Part shown: positions 40,365-49,729 of the stretch, piece by piece
Numbering within the stretch: the stretch's first letter is position 1
Layout of the letters: the number at the start of each line of letters is the position of its first letter
Source of the DNA: Candidatus Yanofskybacteria bacterium
GTDB taxonomy: Bacteria > Patescibacteriota > Minisyncoccia > 2-02-FULL-40-12 > IGHO2-01-FULL-4-A
NCBI GenBank assembly: GCA_016181175.1
Contig: JACOZV010000002.1
Location: 64,115 to 128,114 of the forward strand
Direction: 5' to 3'
DNA: 64,000 nt
Position numbers and translations under genes: made by a program
The notes under the pieces: model-generated
Database searches by the model: none
What the model saw: only the letters and a program-made list of their open reading frames with translations
Told to the model about the DNA's origin: nothing

Positions 40365-40440
40365 TTTTATCCTCACATCCCCATAAATAACTATCTAAAA
40401 ATACGTTTGAAAAATACCAAGAAATATAGTAATGTGTCAA

Positions 40441-40550
40441 TCCCGTTAGAAGTAGCCCTAACGGGTTCATGAACCAAAGTTGATGCTTAATAATACTAGT
40501 GCAGTGACCATAAGTAAAACTTATGTGTTGCCGTTACTACTTCTAACGGG
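40441..40550. mobile_element. CCCGTTAG miniature element, copy 5
   Basis: GTCAA-TCCCGTTAGAAGTAG...CTACTTCTAACGGG-ATCAA. Confidence 0.8.
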
Positions 40551-40560
40551 ATCAAGGTGG

Positions 40561-40624
40561 ATCCCGAACGAAACAGCCTTTGCTGACAATAAAATAGGGT
40601 TACAGTGGCTATCTAAACGGGGAT
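40561..40624. repeat. degenerate CCCGTTAG-like element adjacent to copy 5
   Basis: ATCCCGAACGAAACAGCC...GGCTATCTAAACGGGGAT. Confidence 0.4.
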
Positions 40625-40695
40625 TAATAAACCCGACTTGTTAATAAGGCACGGAAATGATTTACTCGTGTAAATCATTTCCTGTCTCGTACGGG

Positions 40696-42033
40696 ATGGA
40701 AATTAACCTAAAAACAATTCCCAAGACCGCTGGCGTGTATTTTTTCCGTGATAAACATGGCAATTTGTATATTGGCAAAGCGGTCAACTTAAAAAATAGG
40801 ATTAGTTCATATTTCAATAAGCAGCCAAAAGACCCGCGTATCTCCAAAATGTTAGAAATGGCGGAGAAAGCCACGTTTAAAAAAACTGATTCCGAAATTG
40901 AAGCTTTGATACTTGAATCGCAGCTTATTAAAAAATATAAGCCGCCATTCAATGTAATGCTTCGTGATGACAAACAGTATTTTTACGTCGGATTTACCAA
41001 AGAAAAATTTCCCAAAATTTTTTTATCCCATCAAATACAAAACATCGGTCCGTTCACTGACGGCAACGCTTTAAAAGTAGCAATGCGTTTGTTACGCCGC
41101 TTATTTCCTTATTGTACCTGCGGGCAGGCGCACAATAACTTTTGCTTGAATTATCACATCGGTAATTGCATAGGGTTTTGCTGTCTGAAAAGTCAGAACC
41201 CGGAATCCAAAAAACAGAATCTAGAATTATATAATAAAAATATAAAAGCCATAAAAGAAATTTTAACCGGCAAACGAGATGTTTTGATTAAAAAATTAAA
41301 AAAAGAAATGTTGGGATTGGGCAAAAAACATGATTTTGAAAAGGCCATTGAATTCCGCAACAAAATCCAAAAACTGGAAAAGGTTTTTGAAAACGCCCAA
41401 GTTCTGCTTAATTCTAAATACACGATACTAAATACAAAAAAAGGGTGGAAACTGAATAATCCATTCGCTGAGCTTCAGAACGTTCTAAATTTACCACATC
41501 AGCCCAAAAGGATTGAGGGTTATGATGTTTCTAACATTCAGGGTAAGTTTGCCACTGGTGCAATGGTTGTTTTTATCAATGGCCATCCGGATAAAAGTCA
41601 GTATCGCAAGTTTAAAGTTGGGTCTGAAAGCGTGCCTAATGACATTGCCATGCTCAAAGAGATATTAACGCGGCGGTTTAATCACTCAAAGTGGCCGTAT
41701 CCTGATTTGATAATCGTAGATGGCGGTAAAGCGCAACTTAATATTGCGGCTAAAATCATCTATGGTCATCGCAAGACCATAGATCTTGCGATGACGCAAA
41801 ATCAGATTCCAATTATCGCTCTGACTAAAAATGTCAAACATCGCGGAGATCATATTTACACAACCAATCCAATAAAATTGTCTGCCAATAATTACGGGAC
41901 AAGTAAAAAAACGGCTATGCCGCTTGAAAAATTACCCAAGTCTGTTAAAAATTTAATTTTGCAAATTGATTCTGAAGCCCATAGGTTTGCAGTCAGTTAT
42001 TATAGAAAATTACATCTAGAGTCGGCAAAATAA
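40696..42033 (+). CDS. uvrC: excinuclease UvrC-like (no C-terminal HhH domain)
   Basis: GVYFF...YIGKAVNLKNRI; UVR domain; RIEGYDVSN; PDLIIVDGG; EAHRFA. Confidence 0.88.
   Translation: MEINLKTIPKTAGVYFFRDKHGNLYIGKAVNLKNRISSYFNKQPKDPRISKMLEMAEKATFKKTDSEIEALILESQLIKKYKPPFNVMLRDDKQYFYVGFTKEKFPKIFLSHQIQNIGPFTDGNALKVAMRLLRRLFPYCTCGQAHNNFCLNYHIGNCIGFCCLKSQNPESKKQNLELYNKNIKAIKEILTGKRDVLIKKLKKEMLGLGKKHDFEKAIEFRNKIQKLEKVFENAQVLLNSKYTILNTKKGWKLNNPFAELQNVLNLPHQPKRIEGYDVSNIQGKFATGAMVVFINGHPDKSQYRKFKVGSESVPNDIAMLKEILTRRFNHSKWPYPDLIIVDGGKAQLNIAAKIIYGHRKTIDLAMTQNQIPIIALTKNVKHRGDHIYTTNPIKLSANNYGTSKKTAMPLEKLPKSVKNLILQIDSEAHRFAVSYYRKLHLESAK
41765..41795. repeat. in-frame palindrome in uvrC
   Basis: 12-bp perfect stem GTCATCGCAAGA/TCTTGCGATGAC; encodes GHRKTIDLAMT. 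Confidence 0.75.
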
Positions 42034-42278
42034 AAACGGCCCAGTTTTGACACAAAGTCTCTGCTGAACCGCTGCGTGTTGTATTATGTTGCCGGGACGC
42101 ACTTACACGCCGTAGCGCCCTCCGCTTCGGGGTTTTTCTCCCCAGGGTTTCCGCCTCCCCTTCATCATAAACCTGGCATGGCCAACAACCTTTCTTTGTC
42201 TCGTTATGGTCACGGCGTGACCATAACGGCCTCCTAATTAAGAACAATGTTTCGCTAGGCCGGAAACTTTCAGCCTAT
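42027..42278 (-). ncRNA. candidate ~250-nt small RNA
   Basis: TTGACT-17-TATAAT (42313-42285); GC-rich hairpins; terminal stem CGGTTCAG/CTGGGCCG followed by TTTTTATTTT. Confidence 0.5.
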
Positions 42279-42359
42279 ACGTATATTATACTCCTAAACA
42301 AATAAAAAGTCAAGGTTTGCATATGAATGGTACGATGCTATACTGGTAATTGCCTTAAT

Positions 42360-42695
42360 ATGGCTATTTTTATAAGGCTTTTTGCTAATATACTGGGTCT
42401 GTATTTAGCCAATCTCTGGGTAAGCGGTTTTGGTGTAATTGACGGCTGGCAAGCATATTTAATAGCCGGAATTACGCTTGGCATTCTTAATTTAATTGTT
42501 AGACCGATATTAAAAGTAATAACTTTCCCTTTGATTGTTATTTCACTGGGACTATTCTTGATTGTAATAAATGCCATAATACTTTGGCTGACAGCACAAC
42601 TCACAGGCTATATAATTATAGAAAGTTACGTTTCCCTATTGTGGGCCACGATAGTCGTAGCGGCAGTAAATTTCATAGCTCATTGGCTAAAGTAG
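42360..42695 (+). CDS. phage-holin-family (YvlD-like) membrane protein
   Basis: LGILNLIVRPILK.ITFPL...SLGLF..VINA. Confidence 0.85.
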   Translation: MAIFIRLFANILGLYLANLWVSGFGVIDGWQAYLIAGITLGILNLIVRPILKVITFPLIVISLGLFLIVINAIILWLTAQLTGYIIIESYVSLLWATIVVAAVNFIAHWLK

Positions 42696-42706
42696 TAAAT
42701 TCATAA

Positions 42707-42916
42707 ATGCTAATTACCATTATTCAACTGATTCTCGCCGTTCTCTTAATTGCGGCAATATTATTACAACAGCGCGGTACCGGTCTCTCCGGCGCTTTTG
42801 GCGGTGAGGGAAGCGTTTATTCCACGCGCAGAGGTATAGAAAAAACACTTTTTGCTTCAACAATTATTGTCGCTATTTTATTTTTTGGTGTTTCAATAGC
42901 TAGGCTATTGCTCTAA
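42707..42916 (+). CDS. secG: preprotein translocase SecG
   Basis: ILLQQRGTGLSGAFGG...RRGIEK. Confidence 0.92.
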   Translation: MLITIIQLILAVLLIAAILLQQRGTGLSGAFGGEGSVYSTRRGIEKTLFASTIIVAILFFGVSIARLLL

Positions 42917-43023
42917 ATCGAGTTTTTGTGCTGAGTTGCGGGAACTATTTTTTTATTTAACCCAGACCTTGTCACAAAACCGTTAACCCAATTAACGACT
43001 ATAACCAATTAGATAATTTTTTC

Positions 43024-44835
43024 GTGTCTCCAAAGAAGGAAAAAGACAAAAAACTATCGAACAGAATGAGTTGGCCAAAAGAGTGGTTATACTCCATTTT
43101 GCCTTCTAGAAAACAGCTCAGGCATTTACCCAAAGTACTTTCTCCAAAAGAAAGAAAAATTATTCTTGTTTTGTTTGTAATTACAATAGGGTCTCTAGTG
43201 GCTATGCCCCTAGCTGCATTTTATCATTTTACAAAACCAGTTCCGTCTTTTGGCGGTAGTCTGACCGAGGGTATTATAGGTGTGCTCAAGTATCTTAATC
43301 CGCTTCTTGCCCAAAACAATGACGCAGATAGAGACTTGGTCAGTTTGGTTTTTGACGGCTTAATGCGTTATGACGGCCAAGGAAAAATTGAGAATGGACT
43401 CGCACAATCTTATGAAATATCTACAGACGGACTGACTTATACTTTTAAATTACGTGACAACCTCAAGTGGCATGATGGCAAACCTCTTACATCTGATGAT
43501 GTAGTATTCACAATCCTCACCGCGCAAAACGCTGATTACGGCAGTTCACAAAGAATCATCTGGCAAGGGATTGAAGTAAGCAAGGTGGACGATCAAACGG
43601 TAGTTTTCAAATTAAAAAATAAATATGCCCAATTTTTAAACAACACCACACTGGGAATTTTGCCAAAACATATCTGGGAAAATGTAAAACCAGTCAATTT
43701 TAGTTTGTCGGATTTTAATATAAAACCCATTGGTTCAGGACCGTACAAATTTTATAAGATTAGGCGAGACAGTTCTGGTAATATTATATATTTTGAATTA
43801 GCTCCATTCGAAAAATATTATGTCGGCAGACCGTATATATCCAGAATTACTTTTAAATTTTATCAATCTGATGAACAACTTTTAGTCGCATACGGCAATG
43901 GAGAGGTTGAGGGTTTGGGCTTTCTTTCGCCGCAAAAATTAAATTCAATCAGATTTCTAGGTCAGTTAAAAATTAGAAAACTTCAATTGCCAAGATATTT
44001 TGCGATATTTTTTAATCAGAATCGAAGTAAATTGCTAACTGATAAAAATTTGCGGCTTGCTTTAAGCTACATGACCGACAAGGAAAAACTTCTAGAAAAC
44101 ATACTGGAAAATAACGGCATGGCCATCAATTCACCAGTGCTTCCCGGCATTGTTAACATACCCGATAGCATAACAAAATATGATTTTAATCTAGAGACGG
44201 CTAATAAAATTTTAGAAGATGCGGGGTGGAAATATCCCGCCAGTTCTTCAGCTGATATTAATATTCGGGAAAAATCCCCTCCCCCGCCAAAAAACAAAAA
44301 AGAAAGTCCGGGGGAACCGACAAAATTGGAAATTAAACTGACCACATCTGATTGGCCAGAGCTTATTGCTGTTGGAAATGAAATTAAAAAACAATGGGAA
44401 GTCGCTGGCGTGCAGGTTTTATTGGAAATTTTGCCGTTGCCAGAGCTTCAGCAAGCAATAAAGAGCCGTGAATACGACGCATTGCTTTTTGGGGAAGTTT
44501 TGTCACTGGATCCTGACCCTTTTAGCTTTTGGCATTCTTCGCAAAAACGAGATCCAGGGCTTAACTTAGCGTTATATGACAATAAGGATGCCGATAAGTT
44601 GCTGGAAGAAGCCAGACAAATTCTTGATGATTCCGAGCGCTTGTCAAAATATGATGATTTTCAAAAAATTGTGGTCAATGATGTCCCTGTAATATTCCTT
44701 TACAGCCCGGATTATCTATACGCGCAACCTACCAAGATAAAAGGAAATGAAACAAAATTAATTTCTGTACCCTCTGATCGTTTTGATACGATTAATAAAT
44801 GGTATATAGAAACAAAAAGAATCTTAAGGAAGTAA
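43024..44835 (+). CDS. ABC-type peptide-binding protein (family 5)
   Basis: LAQSYEISTDGLTYTFKLR...WHDG.PLTSDDVVFT; PIGSGPYKF. Confidence 0.88.
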   Translation: MSPKKEKDKKLSNRMSWPKEWLYSILPSRKQLRHLPKVLSPKERKIILVLFVITIGSLVAMPLAAFYHFTKPVPSFGGSLTEGIIGVLKYLNPLLAQNNDADRDLVSLVFDGLMRYDGQGKIENGLAQSYEISTDGLTYTFKLRDNLKWHDGKPLTSDDVVFTILTAQNADYGSSQRIIWQGIEVSKVDDQTVVFKLKNKYAQFLNNTTLGILPKHIWENVKPVNFSLSDFNIKPIGSGPYKFYKIRRDSSGNIIYFELAPFEKYYVGRPYISRITFKFYQSDEQLLVAYGNGEVEGLGFLSPQKLNSIRFLGQLKIRKLQLPRYFAIFFNQNRSKLLTDKNLRLALSYMTDKEKLLENILENNGMAINSPVLPGIVNIPDSITKYDFNLETANKILEDAGWKYPASSSADINIREKSPPPPKNKKESPGEPTKLEIKLTTSDWPELIAVGNEIKKQWEVAGVQVLLEILPLPELQQAIKSREYDALLFGEVLSLDPDPFSFWHSSQKRDPGLNLALYDNKDADKLLEEARQILDDSERLSKYDDFQKIVVNDVPVIFLYSPDYLYAQPTKIKGNETKLISVPSDRFDTINKWYIETKRILRK

Positions 44836-44976
44836 CTAGCAACTAGCAATAAACTACGAAACTATTGACTACGGTTGCTAGTTTTGCTATAATGAAATTT
44901 CATATTTAGAAACTCGTCATTTTGGCTCAATGTGCTAAATTACATGGTTTTTAATCTTTTTAATTTAACCACTCAA

Positions 44977-45060
44977 GCTCGGGTGGTGGAATTGGCAGAC
45001 ACGTTAGCTTCAGGAGCTAATGGACGCAAGTCCGTGGGAGTTCAAATCTCCCTCCGAGCA
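44977..45060 (+). tRNA. tRNA-Leu(CAG)
   Basis: Acceptor GCTCGGG/TCCGAGC; anticodon arm TTAGC-TTCAGGA-GCTAA; long variable arm; TTCAAAT loop. Confidence 0.93.
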
Positions 45061-45070
45061 CAATAACTTT

Positions 45071-45550
45071 TTGAAAAAACAAGAAAAACCCAAAATAGTT
45101 TTATTTGATTCTTACATCAAAACTGTCAAAAACAGTATCGGTTCAAATTTATTTCGTAATTTTTATTGTAAAATTGGCAGTAAAACAGTAGACGTTCTTG
45201 AAGACGGTAATCTGTCATGCGCAAAATTTGTTTCCTCAATTCTTTATCTTTTTAAATTAATTTCCGATATGCATACCACTGTTTCTGGAACTGTGGCCGA
45301 TCTTCAAAAATCAGGCTGGATTCAAACTGCAAAGCCGAGAGTGGGCACGGTAATTGTTTGGGAGGCCAAAAAAGTCAAGAACGGAAATTTTCACAAGCAC
45401 ATCGGATTTTATATAGGTAATAAACGGGTCATAAGCAGTAGTTACGAAAAACACCAACCGATAGTGCATCATTGGACTTACGGGACTAAAAATAGCAAGC
45501 CGGTGCGTAAAGTGGAACAAATATTTTGGAATAAAAGTTTAATTAAATAG
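45071..45550 (+). CDS. NlpC/CHAP-like papain-fold protein
   Basis: LSCAKFVS (Cys), GTVIVW, HKHIGFYIG (His); TTG start after the tRNA. Confidence 0.6.
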   Translation: MKKQEKPKIVLFDSYIKTVKNSIGSNLFRNFYCKIGSKTVDVLEDGNLSCAKFVSSILYLFKLISDMHTTVSGTVADLQKSGWIQTAKPRVGTVIVWEAKKVKNGNFHKHIGFYIGNKRVISSSYEKHQPIVHHWTYGTKNSKPVRKVEQIFWNKSLIK

Positions 45551-45563
45551 AAGTCTTTAAAAA

Positions 45564-47456
45564 ATGAGTGAAGAAAATATAACACAATTAACATCAGTAA
45601 AAACTCAAACCGATAAGCAAACGGGTACACAAAGGTCAGAATCTCAACGAGTGAGGCCTAGGCGCAGCAGAGCTCCACGATACAAGGATCGGAGGGACTT
45701 GCCGCGTTCCAGACGCCTTGCGCCTATTGAACGTCCACAACGTCAGGAAAGCGCTGGTTCACCGGATGAAACTGTCAAGATAATTCCCTTGGGCGGCCTT
45801 GGCGAGGTTGGCCGCAATATGTGCGTACTGGAATATAAAAATGACATCATGATAATAGATGTTGGTTTTGGTTTTCCGGAAGAAGATATGCCGGGTATTG
45901 ATTATACCTTACCGAATATTGCCTACTTGGACGGTAAGCAAGACAGGATAAAAGGAATAGTATTAACACACGGCCACATGGACCACATTGGCGGCTTGCC
46001 ATACCTGATTACACGGCTTGGTAATCCCACAATCTATGCGGCAAATCTTACGCGCGGACTAGCTATTAAGCGCCATCAGGAATTCCCTCACCTTCCAGAA
46101 CTGGACATAAACCTTGTCCACCCAGGAGAAATAATTCATTTGGGTGAATTTGAGGTTGAATTTTTTCATGTCAATCATAACATTCCCGACGATACGGCGC
46201 TCATCATCACTACACCAGCAGGTCGGATTGTCCACACTGCTGATTTTAAATTTGACCCCCAGCCACTCAATGAAGAACCGGCCGATTTGAATTTTATTAA
46301 AAGTATCGGTGACCGTGGGGTTTCAACTTTGATGATTGATTCAACCGGCGCTGAAAAAGACGGCAAATCAATTTCTGAAAGCATAATTCAGGAAAATTTA
46401 GAGAAAATTTTCATTGAATCAAGCGGCGGTGGTATGATTGTCGCCGCTACCTTTTCTTCAATCATTAATCGAATCCAGCAGTTGGTAACGTTATCGGAAA
46501 AATACGGCCGCAAAGTTATATTTGATGGTTTTAGTTTGAAAAGTAATGTTGAAATAGCCAAGGAATTTAATCAGATTAAGATTAAGAAAGAAACCCAGAT
46601 ACATATTTCGGAAATAGACAGATATCCGCGTTCCAAAATCACACTTGTTGGCACCGGCGCGCAAGGAGAAGACCGCGCTGTTTTGATGCGTATTGCTTCC
46701 GGCGAACATCGCTATGTTAGGTTGCAAAAAAAAGATGCGATTATATTTTCGTCATCTGTGATCCCTGGAAATGAAAGGACTGTGCAGCGGCTAAAGGACT
46801 TGCTTTATCGCATGGGCGCCAGGGTCTATGACTATAACATGATGGATATCCATGCCAGCGGACATGCTTACCGCGACGATTTGAGGCAGATGATGAGTCT
46901 AATAAGGCCCAAGACCCTGATGCCGATTCATGGTCAATATTCAATGATGGTTAATAACGGTTTTTTGGGACAAAAAGAAGGAATAAAAGAAGAAAACACA
47001 ATAATAGCTGACAACGGTTCCATAATTCATATTCTGGACCCCAAGTTTATTGATCGCAAGATACCAATTAACTGGTGGTTTGATAAAAAAACAGTTCCTT
47101 CAGACAGTATTATGGTAGACGGTCTTGGTATCGGGGACATCGGCAATGTCGTTTTGCGCGACAGACAGGTATTAGCAGAGGACGGAATGTTTGTGATCGT
47201 GGCCCTTATTGATTCTAAAACTGGCCGCGTCAGGGGCAGTCCCGACATTATTTCACGCGGATTTGTTTATCTAAAAGAAAACAAGGAACTTTTGATGCAG
47301 GTCCGCAAAAAGGTAAGATTTATCGTAGAACGTAAAACCATGCGCCCAATTAATTGGGTAGATCTTAAAGATTTAATAAGAGACGAGGTTGGGCTTTTCT
47401 TGTTCCAAAAAACCGAGAGACGGCCAATGGTTTTACCGGTGGTAATTGAAATTTAA
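45564..47456 (+). CDS. rnj: ribonuclease J
   Basis: PLGGLGEVGRNM, THGHMDHIGG, HASGHA, RRPMVLPV. Confidence 0.96.
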   Translation: MSEENITQLTSVKTQTDKQTGTQRSESQRVRPRRSRAPRYKDRRDLPRSRRLAPIERPQRQESAGSPDETVKIIPLGGLGEVGRNMCVLEYKNDIMIIDVGFGFPEEDMPGIDYTLPNIAYLDGKQDRIKGIVLTHGHMDHIGGLPYLITRLGNPTIYAANLTRGLAIKRHQEFPHLPELDINLVHPGEIIHLGEFEVEFFHVNHNIPDDTALIITTPAGRIVHTADFKFDPQPLNEEPADLNFIKSIGDRGVSTLMIDSTGAEKDGKSISESIIQENLEKIFIESSGGGMIVAATFSSIINRIQQLVTLSEKYGRKVIFDGFSLKSNVEIAKEFNQIKIKKETQIHISEIDRYPRSKITLVGTGAQGEDRAVLMRIASGEHRYVRLQKKDAIIFSSSVIPGNERTVQRLKDLLYRMGARVYDYNMMDIHASGHAYRDDLRQMMSLIRPKTLMPIHGQYSMMVNNGFLGQKEGIKEENTIIADNGSIIHILDPKFIDRKIPINWWFDKKTVPSDSIMVDGLGIGDIGNVVLRDRQVLAEDGMFVIVALIDSKTGRVRGSPDIISRGFVYLKENKELLMQVRKKVRFIVERKTMRPINWVDLKDLIRDEVGLFLFQKTERRPMVLPVVIEI

Positions 47457-47522
47457 AAAAACCGCTTGAAAAAGCGGTGTTTTTGGGACAGATATTCTCA
47501 AAATATGAAATAAAAGTTATAA

Positions 47523-47789
47523 TCAGTTTGATTGCGCTGAATCAGACTGTTCATTTAATTTACAACAATTATTTGAATCGGCATGTTCACCCCAGCCCTT
47601 ATGTATATCATGGAAACGTAAGCCATGTCTCATTCTCCAATGGAATTTATGTCCGTCCTCACATATTGAACACCTTCTGGGACACATGCAAGTTACAATA
47701 ATCGGCGAGTCGCAACCAGGAATTTCGCATTTAAAATACGGGTATTGAAATTGCTGGAATTGATCTGGTTGGCCAGTCTGTTGATCCAT
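47523..47789 (-). CDS. small Cys/His-rich protein
   Basis: 88 aa, CEIPGC, CMCPRRC, several His; terminator downstream. Confidence 0.5.
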   Translation of the reverse strand: MDQQTGQPDQFQQFQYPYFKCEIPGCDSPIIVTCMCPRRCSICEDGHKFHWRMRHGLRFHDIHKGWGEHADSNNCCKLNEQSDSAQSN

Positions 47790-47850
47790 CTAAATATCCT
47801 AAAATAACCTGAAAAAGATCCGACTCATAAACTACTACTAACTATATAAT

Positions 47851-48834
47851 ATGTCAAATAGAATCTTCTCCGGAATCCGTCCCTTAGGCAAACTACATCT
47901 GGGCAATTATCTTGGGGCAATAAAAAATTGGCTGGAACTACAAAATTCACCTGAAACCGAGCGAGCAATTTTTGCAGTAGTAGACTACCATGGCATTACT
48001 ACCCCGTTTGACCCGAAAACTTATCATCAACAAACAATGGATGCTGTTTTGGATTTTCTTGCCGCGGGTCTAGACCCCGATAAATCACTACTCGTCCTTC
48101 AGTCGCACATTCCGCAGCATACTGAACTTGCTTGGATTTTTAATACAATTACTCCCATCGGCTGGCTGGAACGTTTGCCGACATACAAAGAAAAACTGGC
48201 AGAAACTGATAGTAAATATAATCATTTGGGACTTCTTGCATATCCGGTACTGATGGCCGCGGATATTTTAGTTTATAAATCAAATCTTGTGCCGATTGGA
48301 GATGATCAAAAAGCCCACATAGACATAACAAATGAAATAGCAAAAAAGTTTAATCATATGTTTGGTGAAACTTTTGAACCGGTTAAATCACACAAAGCTG
48401 AGGGCGAGCGTATTAAATCGCTTCAAGACCCAACCAAAAAGATGTCTAAATCAGGTGACGAAGGCATTGCTCTAAATGATTCAGCAGACACAATTCATGA
48501 AAAAATAAAAAAAGCCGTAACCGATTCCGGCCACGAGGTTATTTTTGACCCGAGTAAAAAACCGGCAATTTCTAATTTAATTACTGTTTACCATTTGCTA
48601 TCTCAAAACAGTATTAGTGAGATTGAGAAAAAGTACGGAGACAAAACCTATGCCGAATTTAAAAATGACCTTGCCGAAGTTGTAGTAAATTTCCTTAAGC
48701 CGTTTCAACAGAAACGCAAAGAGCTAGAAAATAATTCGGCTTATGTTGAGAGGATCTTGCAAGAATCTGAAGAACGTGCTAAAATAATAGCATCTAGCAC
48801 TTTGGCAGAAGTCAAAGAAAGGATGGGACTCTAA
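47851..48834 (+). CDS. trpS: tryptophan--tRNA ligase
   Basis: HLGN and KMSKS motifs; YPVLMAADIL. Confidence 0.97.
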   Translation: MSNRIFSGIRPLGKLHLGNYLGAIKNWLELQNSPETERAIFAVVDYHGITTPFDPKTYHQQTMDAVLDFLAAGLDPDKSLLVLQSHIPQHTELAWIFNTITPIGWLERLPTYKEKLAETDSKYNHLGLLAYPVLMAADILVYKSNLVPIGDDQKAHIDITNEIAKKFNHMFGETFEPVKSHKAEGERIKSLQDPTKKMSKSGDEGIALNDSADTIHEKIKKAVTDSGHEVIFDPSKKPAISNLITVYHLLSQNSISEIEKKYGDKTYAEFKNDLAEVVVNFLKPFQQKRKELENNSAYVERILQESEERAKIIASSTLAEVKERMGL

Positions 48835-48836
48835 AC

Positions 48837-48950
48837 ATGGAAACGGTGTTGTTGGTTTTATTTATTTGGTTTTTCTTATCAATTCCAACCGCTTTAATTT
48901 GCGGCAAATTATTAGCCAAAACCCACAAACATTATCCGTTGGCGGACTAG
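48837..48950 (+). CDS. possible 37-aa single-TM protein
   Basis: METVLLVLFIWFFLSIPTALICGKLLAKTHKHYPLAD* exactly fills the gap after trpS. Confidence 0.4.
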   Translation: METVLLVLFIWFFLSIPTALICGKLLAKTHKHYPLAD

Positions 48951-49729
48951 AACATTTTGAGAAGGTTTTTAATTAAAGTTTTTGTATCTTGTGGTCCCTT
49001 AACCTTGAAACAATCAACGCCAGTACGGGAAGCGGCATAATCATTCCCGCCAGGGAAAAGAGCATCGCCCACAAACAACATCTCGCCAAATTCAATTCCG
49101 AGATGTTTTTTTATTTGCTTAATACCGTATTCCTTGTCAATTCCCTTGCGTGTTACGTCAATTGAGGTATATCCCGCCGCCCTTACTTCAAAATCCGGCA
49201 GATAACTCTGTAGCATTTCGGCTATTTTAAGTTTTAGTTCGCCCTGTTCCTCTTTCCACTCTTTTTTAATGTCTAATGGGGCATTTTGACCAAGAGCTGA
49301 AAAAGTTATTTCGGATCCTCTGTCTTCCACAACTTTCTGGTACACATCTTCGGGGTGGTAGTTAAGTTCAGCAAATACTTTATCAAAAGCGTCAAATATT
49401 TTTTTCTTTTCTTCTTCGGAAAAACTCAACACATAAACTTGTCGCCAATCACCGGTATCATATTTATAAAAAGAGGTAGCGGTAGTAGGGAATAAAAAAA
49501 GATTTATCAATTTATCGCCTGTGATATTTAGTTTTGACAGAAGCTGTTTTTGAAACATCTCGTACTTGCCTCCTCCAATTATTGCCACCAATTTTTTATC
49601 AAGCAATTTTTCAAGCAATTCCGCCATTTCTGAATCCATGTCCGACTTACTTTCCGTAAGGGTTCCGTCCAAATCAAAAATAACCAGTTTCACTTTTTTG
49701 TACTTTTCGTTTATTCTTTGGAGGGACAT
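48947..49729 (-). CDS. HAD-IIB hydrolase, phosphomannomutase-like
   Basis: FDLDGTL, VEDRGSEITFSALG, SIDVT..GIDK, FVGDA...GGND. Confidence 0.85.
   Translation of the reverse strand: MSLQRINEKYKKVKLVIFDLDGTLTESKSDMDSEMAELLEKLLDKKLVAIIGGGKYEMFQKQLLSKLNITGDKLINLFLFPTTATSFYKYDTGDWRQVYVLSFSEEEKKKIFDAFDKVFAELNYHPEDVYQKVVEDRGSEITFSALGQNAPLDIKKEWKEEQGELKLKIAEMLQSYLPDFEVRAAGYTSIDVTRKGIDKEYGIKQIKKHLGIEFGEMLFVGDALFPGGNDYAASRTGVDCFKVKGPQDTKTLIKNLLKMF

Noticed and set aside
41993-42247. 84-aa minus-strand ORF
   Set aside because: TTG start without SD, runs through the terminator into uvrC, no protein-like features
42250-42278. AAAGTTTCCGGCCTA resembling the c-di-GMP-I riboswitch P2 strand
   Set aside because: No P1 with GAAA tetraloop and no matching 3' strand
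45020-45070. ORF-track N-terminal extension of 45020-45550
   Set aside because: Overlaps tRNA-Leu; TTG at 45071 is the more plausible start
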